Below, piece after piece: positions 1 through 12,350 of a DNA stretch of 64,000 bases. The translations under genes and the position numbers were made by a program. Position 1 is the first letter of the stretch. Each line of letters opens with the position of its first letter. A model generated the notes under the pieces. It saw only the letters and a program-made list of their open reading frames with translations, searched no databases and was not told where the DNA came from. Origin of the DNA: Mobula birostris (Eukaryota); the NCBI RefSeq assembly GCF_030028105.1, contig NC_092390.1:17892072-17956071 (forward strand). Direction: 5' to 3'.

Positions 1-3000
1 CACTATGTGTGTGTGGGGGGGTAGAATGGTGTCTGTATAAATCACTGTGTGTGGGGGGTGGAATGGTGTCTGTATATAACTCACTGTGTTTGTGGGGGTG
101 GGTGGTTTGGTATCTGTATAACTCTGTGGGGTGGAATGGTGTCTGTATAACTCACTGTGTGTGGGGGGGGTGGAATGGTGTCTGTATAACTCACTGTGTG
201 TGAGGGGGTTGGTTGAATGGTGTCTATATAACTCACTGTGAGTGGTGGATGGAATTGTGTCTATGAATCACTGTGTCTGGGGGGGGTGGAATAGAGTCTG
301 TACAACTCAGTGTGTGGGGGGGTGGAATGGTGTCTGTATAAATCGTAGTGTTTGGGGTGTGGAATGCTGTCAGTATAATATACTGCATGTGTGGGGGGGT
401 GTTGAATGGTGTCTGTATAATTAACTGTGTGTGGGGGGTGGAATGGTGACTATAACTCACTGTGTAGTGGGGGTGGAATGGTGTCTGTATAACTCACTGT
501 GTAGTGGGGGCGGAATGGTGTCTGTATAACTCACTGTGTGTGAGGGGGTTGGTTGAATGGTGTCTATATAACTCACTGTGAGTGGTGGATGGAATTGTGT
601 CTATGAATCACTGTGTCTGGGGGGGTGGAATAGAGTCTGTACAACTCAGTGTGTGGGGGGGTGGAATGGTGTCTGTATAAATCGTAGAGTTTGGGGTGTG
701 GAATGCTGTCAGTATAATATACTGCATGTGTGGGGGGGTGTTGAATGGTGTCTGTATAATTAACTGTGTGGGGGGTGGAATGGTGACTATAACTCACTGT
801 GTAGTGGGGGTGGAATGGTGTCTGTATAACTCACTGTGTAGTGGGGGCGGAATGGTGTCTGTATAACTCACTGTGTGTGGGGGGTGGAATGGTGTCTGTA
901 TAACTCAGTGTGTGGGGGGGGTGGAATATTGTCTGTATAACTCACTGTGTTGGGGGGGGATGAATGGTGTCTGTATAACTCAGTGTGTGTGGGGGGGGGG
1001 TTGAATACTACCTGTAAAACTCACTGTCTTTCTGTGGGGGGGTGGAATGGTGTCTGTATAAATCACTGTGTGTGGGGGGGTGGAATGGAGTCTGTATAAC
1101 TCACTGTGTGTGGGGGGAGGAATAGTGTCTGTCTTAACACTGTGTGTGGGGGGGTGGAATGGTGTCTGTATAACTCACTGTGTGTGTGTGGGGGGGGGTG
1201 GATTGGTGTCTGTATAAATCACTATGTGTGTATGTGGGGGGGGTGGAATGGTGTCTGTATAAATCGTGGTGTTTTGGGTGTGGAATGCTGTCAGTATAAT
1301 ACACTGTACATGGGGAGGGGGTGGAATGGTGTCTGTATAACTCACTGTGTGGGGGGGGATTTGGAATGGTGTCTGTATAAGTCACTGTGTGGGGGGGAGT
1401 GAAATGGTGTCTGTATAACTCAAAGTGTGTGGGGGGGTGGAATGGTGTCTCTAAATCACTGTGTATCGGAGTGGAATGGTGTCTGTATACCTCACTGTGT
1501 GTGCGTCGGGGGGTGGAATGTTGTCTGTATAACTCACTGTGTGTGGGGGGTAGAATGGTGTCTGTATAACTCACTGTGAGTGGTGGATGGAATTGTGTCT
1601 GTAGGAATCACTGTGTCTGGGGAGGTGGAATAGAGTCTGTATACTCAGTGTGTGTGTGGGGGGGTGGAATGGTGTCTGTATAAATCACTATGTGTGTGTG
1701 GGAGGGGTGGAATGGTGTCTGTATAAATGGTGGTGTTTTGGGGGTGGAATGCTGTCAGTATAATACACTACATGTGGGGGGGGTTGAACAGTGCCTGTAT
1801 AACTCACTGTGTGGGGGGGGGGGTTGAACGGTGTCTGTATAACTCACTGTGTGAGGGGGGGGGTTGAACGGTGTCTGTATAACTCACTGTATGTGGGGGG
1901 GGGTTGAATGCTGTCTGTATAACTCACTGTGTGTGTGTGGGAGGGGTGGAATGGTGTCTGTATAACTCACTGTGTGTGGGGGTGTGGAATGGTGTCTGTA
2001 TACCTCACTGTGTGTGGGGGGGGTGGAATGGTGTCTGTATAAATCAATGTATGTGTGGGAAGGGGTGGAATGGTGTCTGTATAACTCACTGTGTGTGGGG
2101 GTGTGGAATGGTGTCTGTATACCTCACTGTGTGTGGGGGGGGGGTGGAATGGTGTCTGTATAAATCAATGTGTGTGTGGGGAGGGGTGGAATGGTGTCTG
2201 TATAACTCACAGTGTGTGGGGGGTGGAATGGTGTCTCTCTAAATCACTGTCGGGGTTGGTGTGGACTGGTGTCTGTATACCTCACTGTGTGTGTGGGAGG
2301 GGGTGGAATGGTGTCTGTATAACTCACTGTGTTTGTGGGGGGTGTAATGGTGTCTGTATAACTCACTGTGTGGGGGGTGGAATGGTGTGTCTCTAACTCA
2401 CTGTGTGTGGGGGGGTTGAACAGTGTCTGTAAAACTCACTGTGTGTGGGCGGGTGGAAGGGTGTATGTAAAATTCACTGTGTGTGGGGGGTAGAATGGTG
2501 TGTCTCTAACTCACTGTGTGTGGGGGGGTGGAATGGTGTCTGTAAAACTCACTGGGTGTGGGGGGGGTTGAACAGTGTCTGTATAACACAGGGTGTGGGG
2601 AGGGTGGAATGGTGTCTGTATAAATCGTGGTGTTTGGGGTGCAGTATGGTATCTGTAAAACGTACTGTATGTGGGGGGGGTTGTTGAATGGTGTCTGTAT
2701 AAATAACTGTGTGGGGGAGGGTGGAATGGTGTTTGTATAACTCACTGTGTGTGTCGGGGGGTGGAATGGTGTCTCTCTAACTCACTGTGTCGGGGTTGCT
2801 GTGGACTGGTGTCTGTATGCCTCACTATGTGTGTGTGGGAGGGGTGGAATGGTGTCTGTATACCTCACTATGTGTGTGTGGAGGGGTGGAATGGTGTCTA
2901 TAAATCACGGTGTTTGTTGGGGTGGAATTGTGTCTGCATAACTTACTGTGTGTGGGGGGGAATAGTGTCTGTATAACTCACTGTGTGTGGAGGGTGTAAT

Positions 3001-5148
3001 GGTGTCTGTATAACACACTGTGTGTGGGGGTGTGGAATGGTGTCTGTATAACTCACTGTGTGTGGGGTGGAATGGTGTCTGTATAAATCACGGTGTTTGT
3101 TGGGGTGGAATTGTGTCTGCATAACTTACTGTGTGTGGGGGGGGGTTGAACAGTGTCTGTATAACTCACTGTGTGTGGGGGTGTGGAATGGTGTCTGTAT
3201 AACTCAGTGTGTGTGTGGGGGGGGGGGTTGAATAGTACCTGTAAAACTCACTGTCTTTCTGTGGGGGGTGGAATGGTGTCTGTATAAATCACTGTGTGAG
3301 GGGGTGGAATGGTGTCTGTATAAATCACTGTGTGGGGGGGTGGAATGGTGTCTGTATAAATCACGGTGTTTGTTGGGGTGGAATTGTGTCTGCATAACTC
3401 ACTGTGTGTAGGGGGGTTGAATAGTGTCTGTATAACTCACTGTGTGGTGGGGTGGAATGCTGTCTCTCTAACTCACTGTGTGTGTGGGGGGGTGGAATAC
3501 TGTCTGTAAAACTCACTGTGTGTGGGGGTGTGGAATGGTGTCTGTATAACACAGGGTGTGGGGAGGGTTGAATGGTGTCTGTATAACTCACTATGTGTTT
3601 GTGGGTGGGGTGGAATGGTGTCTGTATAAATCGTGGTGTTTGGGGTGCAGTATGGTGTCTGTAAAACGCACTGTATGTGGGGGGGGGTTGTTGAATGCTG
3701 TCTGTATGAATAACTGTGTGTGGGGGGGCGTGGAATGGTGTTTGTATAACTCTGTGTGTGGGGGGGTGGAATGGTGTCTCTCTAACTCACTGTGTGTCGG
3801 GGTCAGTGTGGACTGGTGTCTGTATACCTCACTATGTGTGTGTGGGAGGGGTGGAATGGTGTCTGTATAACTCACTGTGTGTGGGGGTGGAATGGTGTCT
3901 GTATAACTCACTGTGTGTGGGGGGTGGAATGGTGTCTGTATAACTCACTGTGTGGGGGGTGGAATGGTGTGTCTCTAACTCACTGTGTGTGGGGGGGTTT
4001 GAATAGTGTCTGTAAAACTCACTGTGTGTGGGGGGGGGTTGAACAGTGTCTGTAAAACTCACTGTGTGTGGCGGGTGGAAGGGTGTGTCTCTAACTCACT
4101 GTGTGTGGGGGGGGTGGAATGGTGTGTGTCTAACTCACTGTGTGTGGGGGGGGTGGAATGGTGTGTCTCTAACTCACTGTGTGTGGGGGGGGTGGAATGA
4201 TGTGTCTCTAACTCACTGTGTGTGGGAGGTGGAATGGTGTGTCTCTAACTCACTGTGTGTGGGGGGGTGGAATGGTGTGTCTCTAACTCACTGTGTGTGG
4301 GGGGGTTGAACAGTGTCTGTAAAACTCACTGTGTGTGGGCGGGTGGAAGGGTGTATGTAAAATTCACTGTGTGGGGGGGGTGGAATGGTGTGTCTCTAAC
4401 TCACTGTGTGTGGGGGGGTGGAATGGTGTCTGTATAAATCGTGGTGTTTTGGGTGTGGAATGCTGTCAGTATAATACACTACATGTGGGGGGTTGAAAGG
4501 TGTCTGTATAACTCACTGTGTGTGTGGGGGTGGAATGGTGTCTGTATAACTCTGTGTGTGGGGGTGTAATGGTGTCTGTATAACTCACTGTGTGTGGGGG
4601 GTGTAATGGTGTCTGTATAACTCTGTGTGTGGGGGTGTAATGGTGTCTGTATAACTCACTGTGTGTGGGGGGTGTAATGGTGTCTGTATAACTCTGTGTG
4701 TGGGGGTGTAATGGTGTCTGTATAACTCACTGTGTGTGGGGGGTGTAATGGTGTCTGTATAACTCTGTGTGAGGGGGTGGAATGGTGTCTGTATAACTCA
4801 CTGTGTGTGGGGGTGTGGAATTGAGTCTGTATAAATGACTGTTTTTGGGGGGGAATGGTGTCTGTATAAATCACTGTGTTTGGGGGGGTGGAATGGTGTC
4901 TGTATAACTGTGTGTGGTGGGTGTAATGGGGTCTGTATAACCCACTGTGTGTGGGGGGTGGAATTGTGTCTGTATAAATCTCTGTGTGGGGGTGTGGAAT
5001 GGTGTCTGTATAACTCACTGTGTTTGTCAGGGGGTGGAATGGTGTCTGTATAACTCACTGTGTGTGTAGGGGCGGATTGGTATCTGTATAACTCACTGTG
5101 TGGGGGGGGGGGTGGAATGGTGTCTGTATAACTCACTGTGTGTGAGGG
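1..5148. repeat. G/T-rich tandem satellite, ~35-40 bp unit (GGTGGAATGGTGTCTGTATAACTCACTGTGTGTGGGGG), roughly 135-140 degenerate copies, truncated at the window edge; lies in lipase intron 8
   Basis: The unit recurs continuously with variable (GT)n and Gn tracts. A 340-bp higher-order block is visible (AGTGGTGGAT at 241 and 581). Confidence 0.97.
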
Positions 5149-5678
5149 AACGATGTCCTCTAGAACTTGCAGATTGTCACAGCCGGTACTGAATTATTGT
5201 GTCCATTATCCGTGAACACAACTGGGTGTGTTAGAGGAGAGAGAGTCCTTTGTGAACATCACAATGCGGCCGAGGTGTACCTGTGGAAATCACAGAGGTT
5301 GATGCCAAGTGCCAGGGTCCACAGGGGCAATATGGACTGTAAGGCAGGACCTGACATTCTGGAAGTGGTTTTTGTTGCACAGACAGTTCTCTGTCTTTGC
5401 GCGGGAATTTGATGGGCACTTGAGGGTGAATCATTTTCGTAGCATCTGGGGAATGGCTCTAGACTAGATGGGCTGACTGGCCTGAACAATTCTTGTGGAA
5501 GTGCGGCATGTTCTGGAAATGAAACTTGCACTGTTCCTGGTGCACTGGTCGTAAGACGTTAGTGGAGATCTCCTGTATTCACGTTCCTCCCCAACACAGC
5601 GGGAGGGTGCCCTTTTAAGGGGCAGCCTGTGGCCCCCACCACAGTATCTGAGTGACACCCACATGTCCTGTCGTGTAC

Positions 5679-5798
5679 CTTCCCAGATCCCGTCCACATC
5701 CAGGATTGTTGAAATGAGATTCTTTGAGCAGCCCGGCATGTTGTCGCCACCATTTGGGTAGAAGTCCACGTGACCACAAGGATAGATGATTCCAAACC
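5679..5798 (-). CDS. Lipase coding exon ([41 protein letters not shown]), includes start of the lid
   Basis: 120 bp; acceptor ctatcgcag, donor gtacac; phase 1-1. Confidence 0.93.
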
Positions 5799-6238
5799 CT
5801 GCGATAGAAGCAGCGAATCAGACAGGCCAACCCCCCTCCCACACTCCGCTAAATCCACCGCAGGGAGAGGCCAGTGCCCACTGGCCGCTCCGCTCCTCTT
5901 TGATATGGATCTCTCTTCTCTTACTACTCACCTCCCACTGATCCCTGTTACCAAATCTCCGCCTTTCTCATTCATTCACTGTTTCAATCACCTTTCTTCA
6001 TCTCTGACACCCTCGCACTCCGCCATGCTCTTTCTCTCCCACCCTCCATCACGCACCCTGTCTCTCCCTCCCTCTTGGCATCTTTCCCCTTTATCCCCTG
6101 GGTCCTACCCCCCCCCGGTACCAGTTTCACCACTCCTGACTCTGCCCCGTCTGTGTTCTAGATCCCCGCCCGAGCCTGTTGCCGACCCAGTGCCCTTGAG
6201 CCCCCGCGGTGTGAGGCTGTTTCGGCGAGGACATCCAC

Positions 6239-6358
6239 CTTTGCTGGGGTACTTCAAGGAACCATCGGTGTGAATCACATCAACGAACAGTGCATCAGTG
6301 GGATCCAACCTCACCTCGGGAGGGGTGTTCTGGAAGTACGGGGCAACGGGATCGAGGC
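6239..6358 (-). CDS. Lipase coding exon ([40 protein letters not shown]), contains the catalytic Asp
   Basis: 120 bp; acceptor actccgcag, donor gtggat. Confidence 0.95.
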
Positions 6359-6904
6359 CTGCGGAGTAATCATGAATCAGTGTGATGTCCTCAGCTTCCT
6401 GTTATGATCTAATCCTGGCTGTTACCCACAGCCATTACCATGAACCTCAAACTCCTAATCTATATCGAAGAGGGCTATTCAGCCCACTGATACTATGGCA
6501 AATCATTGAGCAAACCCATTCATTTCCCTATAACCTAGCCTGCCCACATTCCCATCAGTCCCTCCGACTCTCTGCACCCATACATCAGGAGCATTTTACA
6601 GCAGGTGATTAACTCCCTTACCCACATGGTACTTGGTATGTGGGTGGAAAGTGGGGCACTTCAGGAGAGCATGCAGACTCCACACAGATAGTACTGGAGG
6701 TCAGGATTGAATCCATATCACGGGAACTCTGTGTGTCTGCTCACTGTGCAGTCTTTCCCCATTAATATCAAACAAACCTGCAATCCTCTCTGTAAACAGT
6801 CTCAGTGAATTCCCCCCTCCCCCCATTTCACCATCAGCCCTTCCTCCCGGCCTCCCATCCCAATACCAACCATCCCGAATCCAGGCCTGAGGAGAGAACA
6901 TTAC

Positions 6905-7013
6905 CTGTAATCCGGGATATCCCCGGCTTCCTGCGTCCTGCCTCACCAGCGGCGTGGGCACCTAGTCCGTGCCCCACCAGGTATACATCTGGCAGGGTGT
7001 AATTGTAGTTGCT
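6905..7013 (-). CDS. Lipase coding exon ([36 protein letters not shown]), nucleophile elbow reads GHGLG
   Basis: 109 bp; acceptor gcaccccag, donor gtaatg. Confidence 0.95.
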
Positions 7014-7117
7014 CTGGGGTGCACAAAGACAAAGAGGATGGTGAGCAGACACACCTCTACTTCAGCACCCTAACTGGGAGCCCGAGCCCACCCCAATCTC
7101 TCTGTGAACTCCTTATG

Positions 7118-7895
7118 TGGCACGGTAGCGTAGTGGTTAACATAACCATTATGCCGTAATGCTTTCCAGTGGCTCAAGAGGAATCTACAGAGATCCTCTT
7201 GTTTGGGGTTCAAACCCCACCACTTTCTGTCAGGAGTTTGTACCTTCTCCCTGTGACCACATGGAGTTTTCTCTTGGAGCTTCAGTTTCCTCCCACCTTC
7301 CTAAAGTGTGCAAGTTAAAGTTAGTAAATTGTGGGCTTGCTATGTCAGTGCCGAAAGATTGGCTACTCTTGCGGGCTGCCCCCAGCACGTCCCTGGTCTG
7401 TGTTGGTCGTTGACACAAACGACACATTTCACTGTATGAATCAATATATATGTCATAGTCATAGTCATAGTCATACTTTATTGATCCCGGACGAAAATGG
7501 TTTTCATTACAATTGCACCATAAATAATAAATAGTAATAGAACCATAAATAGTTAAATAGTAAAATGTAAATTATGCTAGTAAATTATGAAATAAGTCCA
7601 GGGCCAGCCTATTGATTCAGGGTGTCTGACCCTCCAAGGGAGGAGTTGTAAAGTTTAATGGCCACAGGCAGGAATGACTTCCTATGACGCTCTGTGCTGC
7701 ATCTCAGTGGAATGAGTCTCTGGCTGAATGTACTCCTGTGCCCACCCAGTACATTATGTAGCGGATGGGAGACATTGACCAAGATGGCATGCAACTTAGA
7801 CAGCATCCTCTTTTCAGACACCACTGTGAGAGTGTCCAGTTCCGTCCCCACAACATCACTGGCCTTACGAATGAGTTTGTGATAAATAAAACAGA
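7118..7895 (+). mobile_element. tRNA-derived SINE interrupted by a minus-strand Rex/Babar-like LINE 3' fragment (7453-7880, (CATAGT)n tail)
   Basis: GGCACGGTAGCGTAGTGGTT head and GGGTTCAAACCC box. The inserted piece encodes HPLHNVL...TERHRKSFLPVAIKLYN (ORF 7609-7851). Confidence 0.7.
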
Positions 7896-8266
7896 TGTTT
7901 AACCTCTGTTCTTCCGGCCATCATGCTAAACAGCAAAGCCGTGCTCTGTGTGGAAATCCAACTTGCAGAAAATTGGGGTGGAGGAATAACGGGAAGCGAC
8001 CTGCCGAAGGCCTCAGTAGAATAACCGGGGGAGTGAAATGCAGATTATCAGTCTGATTACATTTCGACAGCGTGTCCTCATTTCCCTTGTTTGGTTAAGG
8101 AGGACTGGTCATTGACCTGCTGCTCCTCGGTTGTTACATCTAATGAGATAATTATCCAACGAACAATTAACAATGGTTTACGGCAGATTTTTCCTGTCCT
8201 ACCACAGTCCACACGTTGTTCTACAGAGAACTTAAAAAATAAAATCAACCCTTAAAGTAATCACAA

Positions 8267-11200
8267 AGAAGGCACACCAGCAGCTCTATTTTGTTAAGAG
8301 TCTTAGGAGATTTGGTATGTCACCAAATCCCTTGCAAATTTCTATCCATGTATTGTGGAGAGCATTTTGGTGCTACTTGGAGTGTGCATTTCCAGATAAA
8401 GTCCATGACAGCTGAGGCATGCTCATCGAGGTTAGCAAGTGGAACAGGTCAAAAGCTTTAAGTTCCTCGGGGTCAATATCACAAACGACCTGACTTGGCC
8501 CAACCAAGCAGAGTCCACTGCCAAGAAGGCCCACAAGCACCTTTACTTCCTGAGAAAGCTAAAGAAATTTGGCCTGTCCCCTAAAAACGTCACTAATTTT
8601 TATAGATGCACCGTAGAAAGCATTCTTCTAGGGTGCATCATAGCCTGGTATGGAAGTTGTCCTGTCCAAGACCGGAAGAAGCTTCAGAAGATCGTGAACG
8701 CAGCCCAGCACATCACACAGATTGTTATTAATGATTATGATATAGTTGGGATCACAGAGACATGGCTCCAGGGTGACCAAGGATGGGAGATCAACGTTCA
8801 GGGATATTCAATATTCAGGAGGGATAGACATGAAAGAAAAGGAGGTGGGGTGGCGTTGCTGGTTAAAGATGAGATTAACGCAATAGAAAGGAAGGACATA
8901 AGCCAGGAAGATGTGGAATCGATATGGGTAGAGCTGCATAACACTAAGGGGCAGAAAACGCTGGTGGGAGTTGTGTACAGGCCACCTAACAGTAGTAGTG
9001 AGGTCAGAGATGGTATTAAACAGGAAATTAGAAATGTGTGCAATAAAGGAACAGCAGTTATAATGGGTGACTTCAATCTACATGTAGATTGGGTGAACCA
9101 AATTGGTAAAGGTGCTGAGGAAGGGGATTTCTTGGAATGTATCTGGGATGGTTTTTGGAACCAACATGTCGAGGAACCAACTAGAGAGCAGGCTATTCTA
9201 GAGTGGGTTTTGAGCAATGAGGAAGGGTTAATTTGCAATCTTGTCGTGAGAGGCCCCTTGGGTAAGAGTGACCATAATATGGTGGAATTCTTCATTAAGA
9301 TGGAGAGTGACATAGTTAATTCAGAAACAAAGGTTCTGAACTTAAAGAGGGGTAACTTTGAAGGTATGAGACGTGAATTGGCTAAGATAGACTGGCAAAT
9401 GACACTTAAAGGATTGACGGTGGATATGCAATGGCAAGCATTTAAAGGTTGCATGGATGAACTACAACAATTGTTCATCCCAGTTTGGCAAAAGAATAAA
9501 TCAAGGAAGGTAGTGCACCCGTGGCTGACAAGAGAAATTAGGGATAGTATCAATTCCAAAGAAGAAGCATACAAATTAGCCAGAAAAAGTGGCTCACCTG
9601 AGGACTGGGAGAAATTCAGAGTTCAGCAGAGGAGGACAAAGGGCTTAATTAGAAAGGGGAAAAAAGATTATGAGAGAAAACTGGCAGGGAATATAAAAAC
9701 TGACTGTAAAAACTTTTATAGATATGTAAAAAGGAAAAGACTGGTAAAGACAAATGTAGGTCCCCTACAGACAGAAACAGGTGAATTGTTTATGGGGAGC
9801 AAGGACATGGCAGACCAATTGAATAATTATTTTGGTTCTGTCTTCACTAAGGAGGACATAAATAATCTTCCAGAAATAGTAGGGGACAGAGGGTCCAGTG
9901 AGATGGAGGAACTGAGCAAAATACATGTTAGTAGGGAAGTGGTGTTAGGTAAATTGAAGGGATTAAAGGCAGATAAATCCCCAGGGTCAGATGGTCTGCA
10001 TCCCAGAGTGCTTAAGGAAGTAGCCCAAGAAATAGTGGATGCATTAGTGATAATTTTTCAAAACTCGTTAGATTCTGGACTAGTTCCTGAGGATTGGACG
10101 GTGGCTAATGTAACCCCACTTTTTAAAAAAGGAGGGAGAGAGAAACCGGGGAATTATAGACCGGTTAGCCTAACATTGGTGGTGGGGAAACTGCTGGAGT
10201 CAGTTATCAAAGATGTGATAACAGCACATTTGGAAAGCAGTGAAATCATCGGACAAAGTCAGCATGGATTTGTGAAAGGAAAATCATGTCTGACGAATCT
10301 CATAGAATTTTTTGAGGATGTAACTAGTGGAGTGGATGGGGAGAACCAGTGGATGTGGTATATTTGGATTTTCAAAAGGCTTTTGACAAGGTCTCACACA
10401 GGAGATTAGTGTGCAAACTTAAAGCACACGGTATTGGGGGTAAGGTGTTGATGTGGATAGAGAATCGGTTAGCAGACAGGAAGCAAAGAGTGGGAATAAA
10501 CGGGACCTTTTCAGAATGGCAGGCAGTGACTAGTGAGGTACCGCAAGGCTCAGTGCTGGGACCCCAGTTGTTTACAATATATATTAATGACTTAGATGAG
10601 GGAATTAAATGCAGCATCTCCAAGTTTACGGATGACACGAAGCTGGGCGGCAGTGTTAGCTGTGAGGAGGATGCTAAGAGGATGCAAGGTGACTTGGATA
10701 GGTTGGGTAAGTGGGCAAATTCATGGCAGATGCAATTTAATGTGGATAAATGTGAAGTTATCCACTTTGGTGGCAAAAATAGGAAAACAGATTATTATCT
10801 GAATGGTGGCCAATTAGGAAAAGGGGAGGTGCAACAAGACCTGGTTGTCATTATACACCAGTCATTGAAAGTGGGCATGCAGGTACAGCAGGCGGTGAAA
10901 AAGGCAAATGGTATGCTGGCATTTATAGCGAGAGGATTCGAGTACAGGAGCAGGGAGGTACTACTGCAGTTGTACAAGGCCTTGGTGAGACCAGACCTGG
11001 AGTATTGTGTGCAGTTTTGGTCCCCTAATCTGAGGAAAGACATTCTTGCCATAGAGGGAGTATAAAGAAGGTTCACCAGATTGATTCCTGGGATGGCAGG
11101 ACTTTCATATGAAGAAAGACTGGATGAACTAGGCTTGTACTCGTTGGAATTTAGAAGATTGAAGGGGGATCTGATTGAAACGTATAAAATCCTAAAGGGA

Positions 11201-12350
11201 TTGGACAGGCTAGATGCAGGAAGATTGTTCCCGATGTTAGGGAAGTCCAGAACGAGGAGTCACAGTTTGAGGATAAGGGGGAAGCCTTTTAGAACTGAGA
11301 TTAGGAAAAACTTCTTCACACAGAGAGTGGTGAATCTGTGGAATTCTCTACCACAGGAAACAGCTGAGGCCAGTTCATTGGCTATATTTAAGAGGGAGTT
11401 AGATATGGCCCTTGTGGCTACGGGGATCAGGGGGTATGGAGGGAAGGCTGGTGCAGGGTTCTGAGTTGGATGATCAACCATGATCATAATAAATGGCGGT
11501 GCAGGCTCGAAGGGCCGAATGGCCTACTCCTGCACCTATTTTCTATGTTTCTAAACCAATCTTCCGTCCATGGACTCACTTTACACCGCATGCTGTCGGA
11601 GCAGTGCTGCCAGATAATCAAGGACACGACCCACCCAGCCAATACACTTTTCATCCCTCTTCCCTCCGGGAGAAGGTTCAGGAGCTTGAAGACTCGTACG
11701 GCCAGATTTGGGAACAGCTTCTTTCCAACTGTGATAAGACAGCTGAACGGATCCTGACCCGGATCTGGGCCGTACCCTTCAAATATCCGGACCTACCTCT
11801 CGGTTTTTTGCACTACCTTACTTCCTATTTTCTATTTTCTATTTATGATGTATAATTTAAATTTTTAATATTTACTATCGATTTGTACTCCAGGGAGCGC
11901 GAAGCGCAGAATCAAATGTCGCTGTGATGATTGTACGTTCTAGTATCAATTGTTTGGCGACAATAAAGTATAAAGTAAAGTACTTCACGGGCTGGAACGG
12001 AGACTCCAATGCACGGGGTTGCAAATACATCCAGCTCCATCATAGGTACACGTCCTTCTCACCACCGAGGGCATCTTCAAAAGGTGATGCCTCAATGAGG
12101 TGGCATCTATGACTGAGGACCCTCACCATTCAGGACATGTCCTCTTGTCATTACTACCATCGAGGAGCATCAATAGAGCAACCACATTCAATGTTTTAGG
12201 AATAGGCTTTGCCCACCGCCGTCAGATTTGTGAATTGTCCATGGACTACGTTATTTTTAGTGTTGTGAACCTTGTAGTAATTTTATGCCTTTGCACGGTA
12301 CTGCTGCCACAAAAAAAACAAATTCCACATCATCTTAGACCAGTAATCAT
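8267..12350 (+). mobile_element. Rex1/Babar-like LINE 3' fragments: an older copy split by a younger copy (~8400-8719 plus 11554-11981)
   Basis: FKFLGVNIT..KKAHKHLYFLRKLK..FYRCTVES..AWYG continues after the CR1 with IIKDTTHP..LPSGRRFRS..SFFP and an (AAAGT)n tail. Confidence 0.8.
8720..11553 (+). mobile_element. CR1-type LINE, 5'-truncated near-complete ORF2 (APE endonuclease + RT), one frameshift and one stop
   Basis: GITETWL, VYRPP, MGDFN, SDHN, NYRPVSL, QHGF, YLDFQKAFD, VPQGSVLGP, KFTDDTK. Frameshift near 10340, TAA at 11063, TTCTATGT 3' tail. Confidence 0.95.

Noticed and set aside
9-5136. Many Cys/Gly/Val-rich and His/Thr/Pro-rich ORFs
   Set aside because: These are translations of the satellite in all frames, with no splice or coding signal.
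5231-5678. Possible next lipase exon (read-through GTRQ.. or acceptor at 5281)
   Set aside because: No CNH/RS motif and early stops; the true exon is probably beyond the satellite.
7118-7220. tRNA-like A/B boxes here and at other SINE heads
   Set aside because: No complete cloverleaf; these are tRNA-derived SINE heads.
8439-10409. 656-aa ORF as a host gene or novel RT system
   Set aside because: Chance in-frame junction of two LINE families; starts at GTG and is frameshifted within the RT.
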